A stretch of DNA of 64,000 nucleotides, taken from NCBI RefSeq assembly GCF_006345805.1, contig NC_043007.1:15314001-15378000 (forward strand). The letters are read 5' to 3'. The translations under genes and the position numbers were made by a program. This document shows positions 1-14,137 of the stretch, piece by piece. This stretch comes from Octopus sinensis. Lineage: Eukaryota. The first letter of the stretch is position 1. Each line of letters opens with the position of its first letter. Under the pieces are notes generated by a model. That model was not told the origin of the DNA. It worked only from the letters and a program-made list of their open reading frames with translations, and searched no databases.

Positions 1-43
1 ATGACCGGTGTGTGCGTGGCGCGCGTGTATGTGCATTATGCAC

Positions 44-76
<33 letters not shown>

Positions 77-92
77 ATATTATATATATATA

Positions 93-136
<44 letters not shown>

Positions 137-318
137 TGTTTATATATATATATATATATGTTTTTATTATATATATATATATGTTATATATATATATATA
201 TATATATTATACGAAAAGGGAGAGGCATACATACGTACATATATATAATGCATATAAGTATATATATATATATATATATATGTTATATATATATATATAT
301 ATGTTTTATATATATATA

Positions 319-368
<50 letters not shown>

Positions 369-416
369 GAAAAGGGAGAGGCATACATACGTACATATAT
401 ATGAATGCATGGTATC

Positions 417-452
<36 letters not shown>

Positions 453-459
453 ATATATA
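1..459. repeat. Interrupted (AT)n microsatellite containing a duplicated ~34-bp motif
   Basis: (AT)n runs; TACGAAAAGGGAGAGGCATACATACGTACATAT occurs at ~210 and ~366. Confidence 0.95.
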
Positions 460-796
460 CCCCATTTCTGGAAGTTTCTCTGTGTATTATTCTACAGGCT
501 CGTAGAAGAGACGGAGAGAAAAATAATTGCAGAGGAGAAATAAAAAAAAAAGGAAGAAAACAAAAAGCTGGGCTGAAAAATGCGGTGGGCGACTGAGGGG
601 CGTGCGTACTTAAAAGGCGTGTAGAAAAAGTATGGAGATGTAGGTGTGGTAAATTAATCAATTCCAAGTTTCTTAATGAGGATCCCTTTTTTATTTAGCA
701 TTTTACTTATCATTTTTTGTCACGTTTTTCTTCCTAATCAATTCCTGAAATCCCAGTATAAATTGTAAAGACAGCAAATTAGAAATAGTTTGAGCT

Positions 797-811
797 AAGC
801 AGATAGATAGG

Positions 812-876
<65 letters not shown>

Positions 877-908
877 GGATGGATGGATGGATAGATAGAT
901 AGATAGAT

Positions 909-939
<31 letters not shown>

Positions 940-961
940 TAGATAGTAGGAGAGATAGATA
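797..961. repeat. (GATA)n/(GGAT)n microsatellite
   Basis: Directly visible tetranucleotide run. Confidence 0.95.
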
Positions 962-965
962 TATA

Positions 966-1290
966 TGTTTCTTTATTAGCCACACAGGGCTGCACACAGA
1001 CAGAAAAAATTACAAGGTAGAGCTTTTCTTTTGGGGGTAAAAAAAGGGGGTTGGTTTTCGATCAAAAGGGATCGTAAAAGGAAAGAAAGAGGACAAAAAA
1101 AGGGGGGAGAGGGAAAAAAAGAAAATGGGGGGAGGAAAAAAAGTTGATCAATAGGGATCGTAATCACAGAAATGTCAATATGAAGTGTAAAGGGGAGGAC
1201 AGGTGAGGTTTACCCGTGGAAAGAAAAGCCTACGGAAAAGACCACGGTAACCTCGGTCAATGAAGTCACATATATTTCTCTTTTTTTCTT
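966..1290 (-). mobile_element. Probable LINE 3'-end fragment whose tip is shared with SINE family C
   Basis: TTTCTTTATTAGCCACACAGGGCTGCACACAGA at ~967 aligns with the SINE-C tail TTTCTTTACTACCCACAAGGGGCTAAACACAGA (~61264), then continues as unrelated sequence; flanked by (GATA)n. Confidence 0.45.
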
Positions 1291-1295
1291 TTTTT

Positions 1296-1349
<54 letters not shown>

Positions 1350-1504
1350 AGGCAAGATAGATAGATAGATATATAGATAGACAGACTGGCAGAAACAATA
1401 TTACATACGTTAACAAATAGAGAGATAAATTATTAGGTTTACTTGTAGATACTTATGTAAACTTATACAGAAAACGGTAGGAGGAAGATATATATGTATG
1501 TATA

Positions 1505-1638
1505 TAGGTGCTGACGTGGCTGTATGGTAAGATGCTTGCTTTCTATCCACATGCTTCCGGATTCTAACATATATAGCCTTGGGCCGACCAACGCCTTGTG
1601 ACCGGATTTGGTAGACGGAAACTGAAAGAAGCCCGTCG

Positions 1639-1718
<80 letters not shown>

Positions 1719-1948
1719 GTGTGTGTGTGGTGTATATATATATGCTTTTGTATCTGTGTTTGTCGCCCCAACATCGCTTGATAACCGATGTTGGTGTTTT
1801 TGCGCACCCGTCACTTAGAGGTTCGGCAAAAGAGACTGATAGAATACGTACTAGGCTTACTAGGCGATTTGTTCGACAAAAGGCCGTCCTCCACCATGGC
1901 CGCAGTGAAATGATTGAAACAAGTAAAAGATTAACAGAATAAAAGAAT
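1505..1948 (+). mobile_element. SINE family B (tRNA head, CORE-like segment, internal (AT)n), diverged copy
   Basis: Matches the other family B copies: GGATTTGGTAGACGGAAACTGAAAGAAGCCCGTCG, internal AT run, GAAACAAGTAAAAG tail. Confidence 0.85.
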
Positions 1949-2339
1949 ATAGATACGTAAAGCCGCTAATATATGCATACGCGTGTGTCTATGATTGTCT
2001 GTGTGTGTGTGTGTGAGTATGTGTGACTGAGTGTGCGTGGGCCTTTGAATATCTGTCTGGGCCTTTGAATATCTGTGAGCGCTTGTGGTTGTGTTTGTCT
2101 ATTTTAACGTCAAAGATGTAAAAGTGTATGAAGAAATATCCTACATAGTGCAAGCTTTATCTGAGATAGAATTCAATGTCTGGGTTAGATTGGATAGATG
2201 TGGTAATTATATACTATGCTTCGTCCAGACTAGATTGTCCGGGCCGAAGAGCTCAGCCGGAAGCTAAACTCAGTATAGACTGTTAACTTTTGATAATTTA
2301 GCATACATCCAAGCATGCAAGTGCCTAAGAGCAGTCTTG

Positions 2340-2765
2340 AGAAATTTGGCTCCTCAAAACCAGAAACGAGAAAGCTGATACGCAGACTACAGATCTAAGC
2401 CATACTCAAACAAAACATACAGATCTGTACATATACATACATACATACATACATACATACATACATACACACATACACACACATACACACATACATACAT
2501 ACACACACATACATACATACATACATACATACATACATGCATACACACATACATACATACATACATACATACATACATACATACACACATACATACACAC
2601 ATACATACATACATACATACATACATACATACATACATACATACATACATACATAGACATATACAAAAATACCCTGTTCATACTGTTGAAATTCGGATCT
2701 AGGTTAGAAAACAGCTCTTCCTCTATTGGCGAGACATCTTGAAATAAAACTGAATAATAATATAC
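2340..2765 (-). repeat. Dispersed repeat with an expanded internal (TACA)n, homologous to 52090-52270
   Basis: Reverse complement of TCTTGAAATAAAACTGAA, GAAATTCGGATCTAGGTTAGAAA and TACAGATCTGTACATATAC matches 52090-52270 on the + strand. Confidence 0.65.
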
Positions 2766-3086
2766 ATTTATACATTCAGACATACATACATACATACGCA
2801 CACACACGCATATATACGTATACGTAAATTTGTGTGCGTGTGTGTATGCATACATGCACACATATGTACACACATACATATATGTGTCTGTGTGTGTGTG
2901 TGTCTGCTTGTGTGGGTGGTTGCCTATTGTTCTTACACGTGCATTGCCGTGACACGTCAGCAAGTAGTTCTTACACAATTTATATATAGTCATAGGCAGG
3001 CAATTCGATTCTTGTACATGATATTGACAAGTTACAAAAATGACGAAATATCAGTATCAATCATTCCTGAATTACTTTGTATCATA

Positions 3087-3145
<59 letters not shown>

Positions 3146-3216
3146 TACATATATGTGTGTGTGTGTGTTGTGTATGTGTGTGTTTGTGTTGTATGTATAT
3201 GTATGTATATATATAC

Positions 3217-3332
<116 letters not shown>

Positions 3333-3442
3333 CATACATAAATTTATATAATGTTGTATTGACGGTGAAAGAATTTGCAAACTGTATCTCTGTACCTGAG
3401 TTTCATGTAGCCGACCATCAGTTAGAAATAAACTTTTGGTAA

Positions 3443-3539
<97 letters not shown>

Positions 3540-3540
3540 C

Positions 3541-3888
3541 ATACAAAAATGGCGCAAGAGCGCAAAAAATCCGGATAGTTAGGTGAAACAAAAAAAGAGG
3601 AAAAGCAAACTATCCAGACACACGATACAAGGAAAACAACGACGGATCATTTGGAGCTTTCTATCTTCAGTCGAGTTCCATATTATCTTTGCAATTTCAG
3701 CTGGTTGTACGCGAGATTGCCCCAATCTGGCCAGCCCCAAGGAAAAATAAGCTAAGAGCATTACATTCGTTGGAAGAAAGCAGCGAATGCATACGAAAAG
3801 AAGAACGAACCCCCCCCCCCCCCAGAAAAGTTACACAAATACAAATAACAGGGCATAACAATAGGTGCCTTTCGACTATATATATATA
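3541..3888 (-). mobile_element. PLE terminal-repeat-like solo unit related to the arrays at 34829-36542 and 59296-60690
   Basis: Shares TCTTCAGTC...GCAATTTC(A/G)GCTG...GGCCAGCCCCAAG...CTAAG...GCATTA(C/G)AT motifs; lies between (AT)n tracts. Confidence 0.6.
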
Positions 3889-4074
3889 TATATATATATA
3901 AGCAAGGAAAAATTGTAAGAATGCAGAATGCTAACTTGAACTTTTCCATACACCCATTTGCATTAAAATTTTCGTTCAAGTTAGCATTCTGTATTTTTAC
4001 AATTTTTCCTTGCTTATCATTTCTCCACGTGCGGTCAGCACAACCCTACCATTTATTGATCTATATATATATAA

Positions 4075-4215
4075 GTTTCGCAAAATTTAGATTCAAATAA
4101 ATATGGCACTTAAGTTAGATGCACCAGAATTTTGTATGGTGTTATCCATATAAATCTATGGGGTGATTATAATCAAAATAAGCAACAAGAATAACTTCGG
4201 TAATTTGGTACGATC
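4075..4215 (-). mobile_element. PLE terminal-repeat tip related to 17390-17565
   Basis: TGGGGTGATTATAA...AAGCAACAAGAAT...TACGATCGTTTCA and CTTAAGTTAGATGCACCA are the reverse complement of 17395-17520. Confidence 0.65.
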
Positions 4216-4556
4216 GTTTCACGCTACATCATTTTATTAAATATTGTATTTGCTCAACATTTTAAAACTGTTGTAATACTTACAATATATATGTCCAGAG
4301 AGAACTTGATACAAAATGAAGGAACAGAGATAGACTGACAGACAGGCAAACAGACAGAGATACGAAGAAGGAGAGATAGAGATAGTAATAGAGATTGCGT
4401 GATAAATTGATTAATGGACATCTGATTTTACCTCTGAATGACCATTTAATCATCATGTATAACGTCAGACCAGCAAATAACGAACTCAATAAACGAATGA
4501 CCAAATAAATAAATGAATATAAAATATGATAACGATGATGATGATGACGACGATGC

Positions 4557-4601
<45 letters not shown>

Positions 4602-4633
4602 TAATAACAATAATAATAATAATAATAATAATG

Positions 4634-4664
<31 letters not shown>

Positions 4665-4665
4665 G
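4557..4665. repeat. (AAT)n microsatellite
   Basis: Directly visible. Confidence 0.95.
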
Positions 4666-5552
4666 TAATAAAATATGACTTTCAGAAGCTGTAGAGTGTA
4701 GGGAATAGAACTACAAAACGTGCAAAGTAAAAAAGGCTATAGATTGGCCACCCGTTTGCTAGTTAATCACCACCTTTCATTTATGGTGTGACTCACGCCT
4801 ATGTTGACCACTTCCCTGATTATATTTCCAATATAATAAACCACCCGATTCCCTTTGCAACTATGTTACAATAAAGACCTCCATAATTGACTACTTTAGA
4901 AATATCAATACAAAATATTACTAAGCCATATTTATTACACTATGCCTGCAGCAGCAACACCATTGAGACTTGCTGAAATAATAGAGCTTTAGTTTATTTA
5001 ATACAGATTGCCTGCCGTCCGTATTAACGTTACATGGGAACAATAGTATAACTAGCACTATCACCGCTAACACCATTTATCCCTTTATTCTGTGTATGCG
5101 AATGTATATACATATACCCTTACATACATGCATTCGTACATACATGCATAAATACATTTACATGTATACATACACATATTTGTATGCATAAATGTGTGTG
5201 TGTATCGGTATTTATGTATATGTATATATACATACATACATACATACATACATACATACATACATACATACATACATACATACATACATACATAATACAT
5301 ACATAAATACATATTATATATATATATATATACATTCATATATGCACAAACCCTTATGTGTATATACATATATATGTCTACGTGTGTGTGTAAATAAATA
5401 TATGTATCTAAATGGATATATATATCTACATAAATATATATATATTATATATATATATATATGTATCTAAATGGATATATATATCTACATAAATATATAT
5501 ATTATATATATATATTTGTGTGTGTGTATATATATATGTATATATATATTTT

Positions 5553-5592
<40 letters not shown>

Positions 5593-6007
5593 CACACATA
5601 CATACATACATATATTTACGCACACTCACACATACACGCCAGCGCCGAGATATTTATATGTATATGTGAGTATTATATTATGTAAGTAGACATACTTTAA
5701 AAATTACTTGCGTATGTGTCTGTGTGTGAGTGTGTGTGTTGGTGAGTGCGTGTTTGTTTGTGCAAATCTGTCTGTTTGTCTTGTCTGGGCTCAAGAAAAC
5801 CCAAATAAATATCCATCAGACCATAAATGGAAAATTTTCAGCAGATGATGCCGAATGTGTCCAAGGAATTTATGTTCCTCTTATATTACTGACGTGCTTG
5901 AGTTTAATTCTGAAATATTCATAAACGGGAGAGGGAAAGGGAGTGAGGGAGAGAAATAGAGTGAGAGAGGAAGACAGGATAAGAGAGATGTGCATTCTGA
6001 CATAAAA

Positions 6008-6320
6008 CGATAAACGTCGCCCTTTTCCAGCCTTGCCAGGCTCATGGGCCCGGTTTCCCGGTTTCTGTGGCGTATGTGTTTCCCCCAGCTGGACGGGACG
6101 CCAGTCCATCACAGCGTTACTCAAGAAGCAGTAACAGAGAGTGAGAGAAAATTGTGGCGAAAGAGTACAACAGGGGTCGCCACTACCCCCTGCCGGAGCT
6201 ACGTGGAGCTTGTAGGTGTTTTCGCTCAATAAACACATACAACGCCCGATCTGGGAATGGAAATCGCGATCCTCCGACTGCGAGTCCTCTGCCCTAACCA
6301 CTGGGCCATTTCGTCTCCAC
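6008..6320 (-). mobile_element. SINE family A (tRNA-derived head), tail type 2
   Basis: Minus strand reads GTGGAGACGAAATGGCCCAGTGGTTAGGGCAG (A box) ... GATTTCCATTCCC (decayed B box); core shared with 31118-31501 but a different 3' tail. Confidence 0.85.
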
Positions 6321-6395
6321 GTATGTTGACATAAAGGCATAATTATATAAAAACACATATTTCGATTTGTCTAGCTAGATAATTGTTTGAAGACC

Positions 6396-6453
<58 letters not shown>

Positions 6454-7091
6454 ACGCAAAACCAAAATGGTGGAAGTTGCGACAGCTGCAAAAAAATTTC
6501 GTTCTCGTCTGGAGGCATTAGTACCCCAAAAGGGCGGCCATATTGAGTGATAAATGCTTTCGTTATAATAAATGTTGCATTAAAATTATTTTAGTATTTA
6601 TAATCAGGTTTATGCGCCGTAAAAATTGTCTCGGTTTATCTGCGAGTCCCTGTGTAGTTAGAAGTTTACTTCCTTCTGGCATGTTCAATCCTACAGCTGC
6701 GTAGCAGCGTTGGCTAATGGAAGCACTCATTTGGTAGATGGAAACTGAAAGTATCCCGTCAAATATATGTGTATATATGTTTGTATTTCTGTGAGTGTTT
6801 GTGTGTGTGTATATATGTCGTATGTATGTGCCTTTGTGTATGTACTTGTCTACACCACTCTCACCTCTCTTGCTTCTTATCCTCCTCCACCCCTTTCTCT
6901 TCCTCCTCCGCCTCATCGTCATCACCATCAATATCTTTTCTTCCTCATTAAGCGAATTTGCTGTACAATTTCGGTTTTCGATTTCCAACACATTTCACAA
7001 CTTAAGGTTTCTGATAGACAAAATCTCCTGACGAATACTGTCACCGTCTTTTACAATGAATACATTTATATGTTTGTATGTTTGTGCGCGC

Positions 7092-7162
<71 letters not shown>

Positions 7163-7421
7163 GCGTGTGTGTATGCATTTATGTAAGAATATACCTAAGC
7201 TATACCTTGGATGTTCCTGATTTGCATGTAAGAACAATATTTGCGCATATGCTTAAGGCAGAATACCTAAGAACGTTGTTTATCTTCAATGTTTTCGCTG
7301 ACAATTATTTGCCGAAGTTCTGCCAGAGGTAAGACTTTCTTTGAGGCGTGAATCTCTCTCAAATAAAGACAAAAATGTGTTTTAATAATATTTCTTATCC
7401 AATTTCTACGTCTTTTATATA

Positions 7422-7466
<45 letters not shown>

Positions 7467-7556
7467 GGAGAGAGAGGAGAGAGAGAGAGAGAGAGAGAGT
7501 GAGAGAGACAGAGAGTGAGACAGAGGGAGAGAGGGCCGTCTATATAATATATATAT

Positions 7557-7959
7557 ACTCTTTAGTCTTTTACTTGTTTCAGTCATTTGACTGCGGCCAT
7601 GCTGGAGCACCACCTTTAATCGAGCAACTCGACCCCGGACTTATTCTTTTGTAAGCCCAGTACTTATTCTAACGGTCTCTTTTGCCGAACCGCTAAGTAA
7701 CGGGGACATAAACTCACCAGCATCGGTTGTCAAGCAATGCTAGGGGGACAAACACAGACACACAAACACACACGCACATATATATATATACATATATACG
7801 ACGGGCTTCTTTCAATTTCCGACTACCAAATCCACTCACAAGGCTTTGGTCGGCCCGAGGCTATAGCAGAAGACACTTGCCCAAGGTGTCACGCAGTGGG
7901 ACTGAACCCGGAACCATGTGGTTGGTAAACAAGCTACTTACCACACAGCCACTCCTGCG
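7557..7959 (-). mobile_element. SINE family B, near full length
   Basis: Minus strand reads GCAGGAGTGGCTGTGTGGTAAG...GGGTTCAGTCCC...CCTTGGGCAAGTG...GAAACAAGTAAAAG. Confidence 0.92.
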
Positions 7960-9069
7960 TTTTCTTCAAGAAATTGCTCACAAGCTTAATCGACGGTTTT
8001 TCTGAGAAATGCTTGGTTTCACGCTAGACCCAATAGTCCTAACAGTTATGTTCTACAGTAGTAAGTAAGCCACTTCATGTTCATATTCCAGGTGAGATAC
8101 ATGTTTATATGTCTACATGTCATCCGCTCAGATCTCATAAGAAAAGGTTCGGTATGATTCCCAATAGATATTGTTTACCTATGCAGTCACGTATATCAAT
8201 ATACGTCTTGCCTATGGACATTTTTTCTCTCTGTGGATATTTTCTTTCTATACAAATACTGAACAACTACAAATGATCTGATCAATTATTTCTTTTTGCT
8301 GATGGCATAGGCTACAATTGATGTTAAACTTTTCTTTCTGTATTTTATCATTATACTGTTTTTTATGGCTCGGCATTGATCCTATATATCGAAAGTAATA
8401 CTTTCTGTTTCTGCATTCAGCTCAGAGCTTTCAGAGCTTTCGAGCCATTGTTGGCTATCTCGCTAACTTCCTTCCTCTCTGTCGAGCTTTGCAGGATATT
8501 AAGCATGGAGTGTTTTTTTTTTTTCAATGTCCTTTATGCTTTTGTATATTTAATAGTTTCATTCCCATTGTTTTGTTTTTTTTCTCTTTTCAGTTATTTT
8601 GCCCCTATCGAAATCTCTAACTGTATTATTTCCACACACACACACACACAGAAGCAAACACACACATACATATGGATCGATGGATGTATACGCATATGCG
8701 CGTGTCCATTCTCATATACACACACAAACACACACACATACAACACACGTATACGCACACACACGCACACAAACAAACAAATACACACACACAAGCACGC
8801 ACACAAGCACGCACACATAAACACACAAACACATGCACACACACACACACACACACACACACCCCCACACACACACATACACATACATACATATATCACG
8901 GAGAAGCTTTTATTTCGCCATATTTCCTTATTAAACTGTTCTGTTTTTCTTTGATAACTTGTAATTGTTGTTTTAGACCTATTATCCTTCCTTCTTTATG
9001 AGGATCGAGAGAGAGAGAGAGAGAGAGAGGGAGAGACAGACAGAAAGAGAGAGAGAGGGAAAGAAAAGC

Positions 9070-9124
<55 letters not shown>

Positions 9125-9850
9125 CGAAAAGGCTGGGATTTTCTGTGTCCTGTCATCATGAAAAGTGATTGCAGATTTTGTAATTCGTGTATATGAGGAG
9201 CTTTTGCTGTAACTCTCCTTGAAATGTCTTGAAGCATAAAGGAACCATCCAGATCGGAAGGTGGACGTAGTCTTAGGACACCCTAGGTATTTCGAAGTGG
9301 TGCGCCTCTTTCATTGTTTTTATGTGGATATAAGTGTTAAATCTATTTTTATGATTGTAATTATGTTTGTAATCGCTGCTCATAAAATATTTTGATTTAC
9401 ATGGAAGCCTCTGTCGCCAATAAAGAATGAGTTACTATGCAGTTTCATTTGCGAGGGCAGGGTTTCCAAGAAGGGTTCAGTCGCTCTTCCTTTAGCCGAC
9501 TTTGTGAGTATGAATGATTATTGTCTGAGAGTAATTCTGGCATCCAATCATACAATCTATAGAGTGTCCTGTAGAGTAGTGCTTCTGAAATTATCTGATG
9601 TGGCGTACCAGCAGTTTTTGTTTTTTCCAATGTGCCAGGGACCGGTAATATTTCTTAGTAATGTTAATTTATACGGGAAATAATAAATATAATGAATATA
9701 ATAAAAGTTGACAATTTTTTATTTATTTTGTAAACAAATAATATAATATTACATAAGCATTTTATAAGCATTTAATAATGTTTCATTCTTTTCTGGAAAA
9801 TATATATATATTATATATATATATATATACATATATACACATACGTGTGT

Positions 9851-9888
<38 letters not shown>

Positions 9889-10819
9889 TATATATATATT
9901 TATATATATTACTTATGTACATAGCTACATATGGTCGTATGTGTGTATCTATCAATCAATCAATCTATCTATTTATATATCAGCATTTGTGCCGATATGT
10001 ACATAAGTATATAGATATATGCATTCTATGTATGTAGGTATATATGTATGTATGTTTGTATATATACAGGTCCGCGGGCCACTACTTTGATAGCTCTGAA
10101 GTAGAGGACTTTCAGGTTGCTCCAAATCGAGCGACTTGGCATTACACATAAAATTCCTGAAGTAAAATACTCTCAGAAATGGGAGACATAAGGAATTATA
10201 TCTCCAACCCTACACAAAAAATTCGTAATAAATTTTTCATCGAATACCTAGAAGACGAAACATAACTTCTCACATGAAGTTGGGATTTTCAAACTTCTAG
10301 TAGACAAACGACGCTTGAAGTAACGTTTCATTGGGTGAGTATGGTCTATCAAAATGTAGGGATTTTATTCGTTATCTAACCTACATTAAAGCCGAGAAAA
10401 ATACCTCTGATCAAAGGCATTCTAGCCATAAAAAAACGCGGTTGTTTTCTGAGTATATCTACGTCTACGGTATTTAGTATGTCCTTCTGGATTCTTCTAA
10501 GACGATAGCAATACATTCAATGGCAATTTCCCTGATGGTACTAGCAGGTCAATCTGGAGCTTCGAGGCGTACCTACGCTGAATCATTATATTCACCCGCA
10601 GGCCTCTTATAGACGAATTCGATGTCATTGTCATTATACTAAATAAAGAAATCTAGACACAGCTGAACATCTGAACACTCACGTCTATTATTAATTCATA
10701 TACGAATATAATGTGAGAGAATACTTTTATACATGTCATATTAATCATGTTATTGTAATTTAATTGATGTATTCTATAGTTTCATTTATTTCACTGTCGT
10801 TCTTTTATGTCATTTTCTC

Positions 10820-10861
<42 letters not shown>

Positions 10862-11090
10862 TGTATGTATAATATTATTTATTTTATTTTTTGTATTAGG
10901 CTAAAATCTGAAATAAACGCCATTGTTGCTGTTCTTGAATAGAGTCTCGCTAGACAATAAACTTAATTGAAATGGCTGTATACACACATTGAAATGTAAT
11001 TGCTATATACAGTACGTACATAGAAGCGCATAGATTTATACATACACACACTTACATGCATATAAGCGTGTATGAACACACAATATGACT

Positions 11091-11148
<58 letters not shown>

Positions 11149-11243
11149 AGCATACTATGTATATATATATATATATCATATATATATATGCATATACATA
11201 CATATATATATATATATGGTTACACATATGTGTGTGTATGTTT

Positions 11244-11278
<35 letters not shown>

Positions 11279-11613
11279 TATATACATATATACTTATGTA
11301 CCTATCAGCTACATATTATCGTACGTGTGTATCTATCAATCAATCAATCTATCTATTTATATATCAGCATTTGTGCCGATATGTACATAAGTAGATAGAT
11401 ATATGTATGTATACAGGTATACATGTATGTATGTATACAGGTATACATGTATGTATATATGTATGTATGTATATAAATATACATGTATATATGTGTGTAT
11501 AGATATATATATGTATATGTGTGTGTGTATATGTATATATATATATAATATATATATGCCGGGGTAGCATACATGCATGTCTGTTTATATAATATATTGT
11601 ATAAATATATATG

Positions 11614-11644
<31 letters not shown>

Positions 11645-11764
11645 GTATATATATACACGTATATTTATTGCCCTAGCATGGCCATAATATTAGAGTCGAA
11701 ACCTTTAAAATAAAAGTATGTATATATATACATATACATATATATGTATATATGTATATATATG

Positions 11765-11858
<94 letters not shown>

Positions 11859-11859
<1 letters not shown>

Positions 11860-12549
11860 TAGCTGTGTACCCAGTCATCCAGGGGGTAAAGATGTTCAAT
11901 TGAAGCGCCTCATTACTCTGAAAAAATAATTTCGTGATAACTGCCACAAAAGATGTATTTTCCGTCACGAAAAAGTACAAAAAACTGTCGGCTGGAGGTG
12001 GGAGAGGTTGTTGGAGGTTGGCAAGAGAGGTTGCCGGAGGTTGGCGAGAAGGATTATCAAAGGTTGGGGAGGGGCAAAGACATTATTCTGTTTAGCGAAG
12101 GCATCTGGCAAATGTATAATTGCTGTCATTCACAGAAAAACACTCTTTTTCCGTGTTAAGTGTTAAGGGAAATTTGGCAATCGAGGATCGAATCAGCGCT
12201 ATGCCTGCATAAAGCCACTACAAATATGTTGTGGAATAAAAAATTTATCTACTGTCATGGAAAAAGTGTAACTGTAAAAATGCAGAATTATCGGAGTAAT
12301 GGGCATTCTAAAAAGTATGTATAAAAATGTATGAATGAAGTCTTTAAGTTTTAAGATTCAAATTAAGGAAGTGCAATAATAATGTTTAGCAGTTAAAAAC
12401 TGTGAGTTTTTGACAGCTTCGCTAAAATCTGCAGGTGGTATGGGTTTTATCCCTTGGGTTGGAATGACAGAGGAAACGACATCAAAAAGGGACCGGAAGT
12501 GCGACGGCATGACGACACGTCAAGTGGTCACATAGTAATATGTAGTAGA
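11859..12549 (-). mobile_element. Non-autonomous Helitron-like element
   Basis: Minus strand starts TCTACTACATA and ends with an imperfect CCC...GGG hairpin followed by CTAG and T; adjoins (AT)n. Confidence 0.5.
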
Positions 12550-12997
12550 TAGAACGATCCATTGGAAGGGCCCTATTATAGAATTTTTCAACAATCTATG
12601 TATGTCACGAGGTTTCGAATCATGAGTTCTACTCACGTGTCAAATAAAGTATGAAAGTGATATTGTCTGCAAAAATTAGAAATAGTACAAAGAAAAAAAT
12701 CAATATTCAATGTAATTGAACATAAAAAATGAAAATGGTTATTTCGTTTGAGTAGTTAAAAATACTATTGTACAGATGCGATGGGTTTTTCAAAAAAAAT
12801 TAGTTATATGTGATAGATATAAAGGTCCTTTCCTGGGGCCGTGTTATCAATTTTTTCAACAATCTAAGTATGTCACGACGTTTCCAGACATGAGTTCTAC
12901 TCACGTGTCAAGTTTCACCCAAATCAATAAAACGATGTTGGAGGACTTAGCTAACAACGCCACAAAGAAACAGCGATTTTCCATATATGTAGTAGAT
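12550..12997 (-). mobile_element. Second Helitron-like 5' segment with a ~60-bp internal direct repeat
   Basis: Ends in the same ATATGTAGTAGAT motif; TTTTTCAACAATCTA(T/A)GTATGTCACGA...ATGAGTTCTACTCACGTGTCAA at ~12592 and ~12852. Confidence 0.35.
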
Positions 12998-13719
12998 GTA
13001 GTGGCGGATATTAGTCATTCAGTTTGATCATCTGAAGTACCTGTTCCTGAAGTAACATGTAAGTGTTAAGTGTCTAGTATTCCTCAAGCACATGTACCCT
13101 TAAGCGAATGTCTAACAAAGCTGCACTTCTTTAAAAACAGCTACGATACACCGAACCGCGCCCTACAGTTTCCGTTAACACAGTTTCACTGAAAAGGTAT
13201 GAATTGATTCCAGGTTACAGAAAAGACCAATTGCGCAGTATGACATACTGCGCAATAAGGCATATTGCGTATACATATATATATATATATATATATATAT
13301 GCATATATACATACATACCTATATATATTCATACATACTTTCATTCGTCCATATATACATACATACATACATTCATTCATTCATTCATACTATTCATACA
13401 TGTGTTCATACACCAGGGGACATGCACACATACATATAATGGGAATATAGGTTCCTCGTTCCCGCCGGCTCACCATGCAAATGCGAACTATTGCAACACA
13501 CAAAAGAGACATTTTAATATACTTCGTCATGCAACACAAAATATAACAAACCAGAAAATTTAACTCGCTCATAACACAGTTGCACTTTATAGGAATCGAC
13601 GGTTTAATGTGGGAATGAGTTTTCATAAAATGGAACACTGCCGAATTAAGCACCCAAGTATCATATTAAGTTGGAAAGATCTGTCGCATTTTTGACATGA
13701 TGACTCTGAGGGTTCTTCG

Positions 13720-14120
13720 GGAGTGGCTATGTGATAAGTAAATTACTTACCAGCCACATGGTTCACGTTCAGTCCCACTGCGTGGCACCTTGGGCAAGTG
13801 TCTTCTACTGTAGCCTCGGGCCGACCAAAGCCTTGTAAGTGGATTTGGGAGACGGAAACTGAAAGAAGCCCGTCGTATATATGTATATATATGTGTGTGT
13901 TTGTGTCTGTGTTTGTCCCCCCTCAACATCGCTTGACAACAGATGCTGGTGCGTTTACGTCCCCGTAACTTAGCGGTTCGGCAAAAGTGACCGATAGAAT
14001 AAGTACTAGGCTTACAAAGAATAAGTCCTGGGGTCGACGTGCTCGGCTAAAGGCGTTGCTCCAGCATAGCCGCAGTCAAATGACTGAAACAAGTAAAAGA
14101 ATAAAAGAGAGTAAAAGAAT
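13720..14120 (+). mobile_element. SINE family B, near full length
   Basis: GGAGTGGCTATGTGATAAG...CCTTGGGCAAGTGTCTTC...GAAACAAGTAAAAGAATAAAAGAG. Confidence 0.92.
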
Positions 14121-14137
14121 ACTCACGGTAAAATCCA

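Noticed and set aside
10066-10600. Possible TA-flanked DNA transposon with CAGGTCCGCGGG termini
   Set aside because: The putative right-hand inverted repeat matches too poorly.
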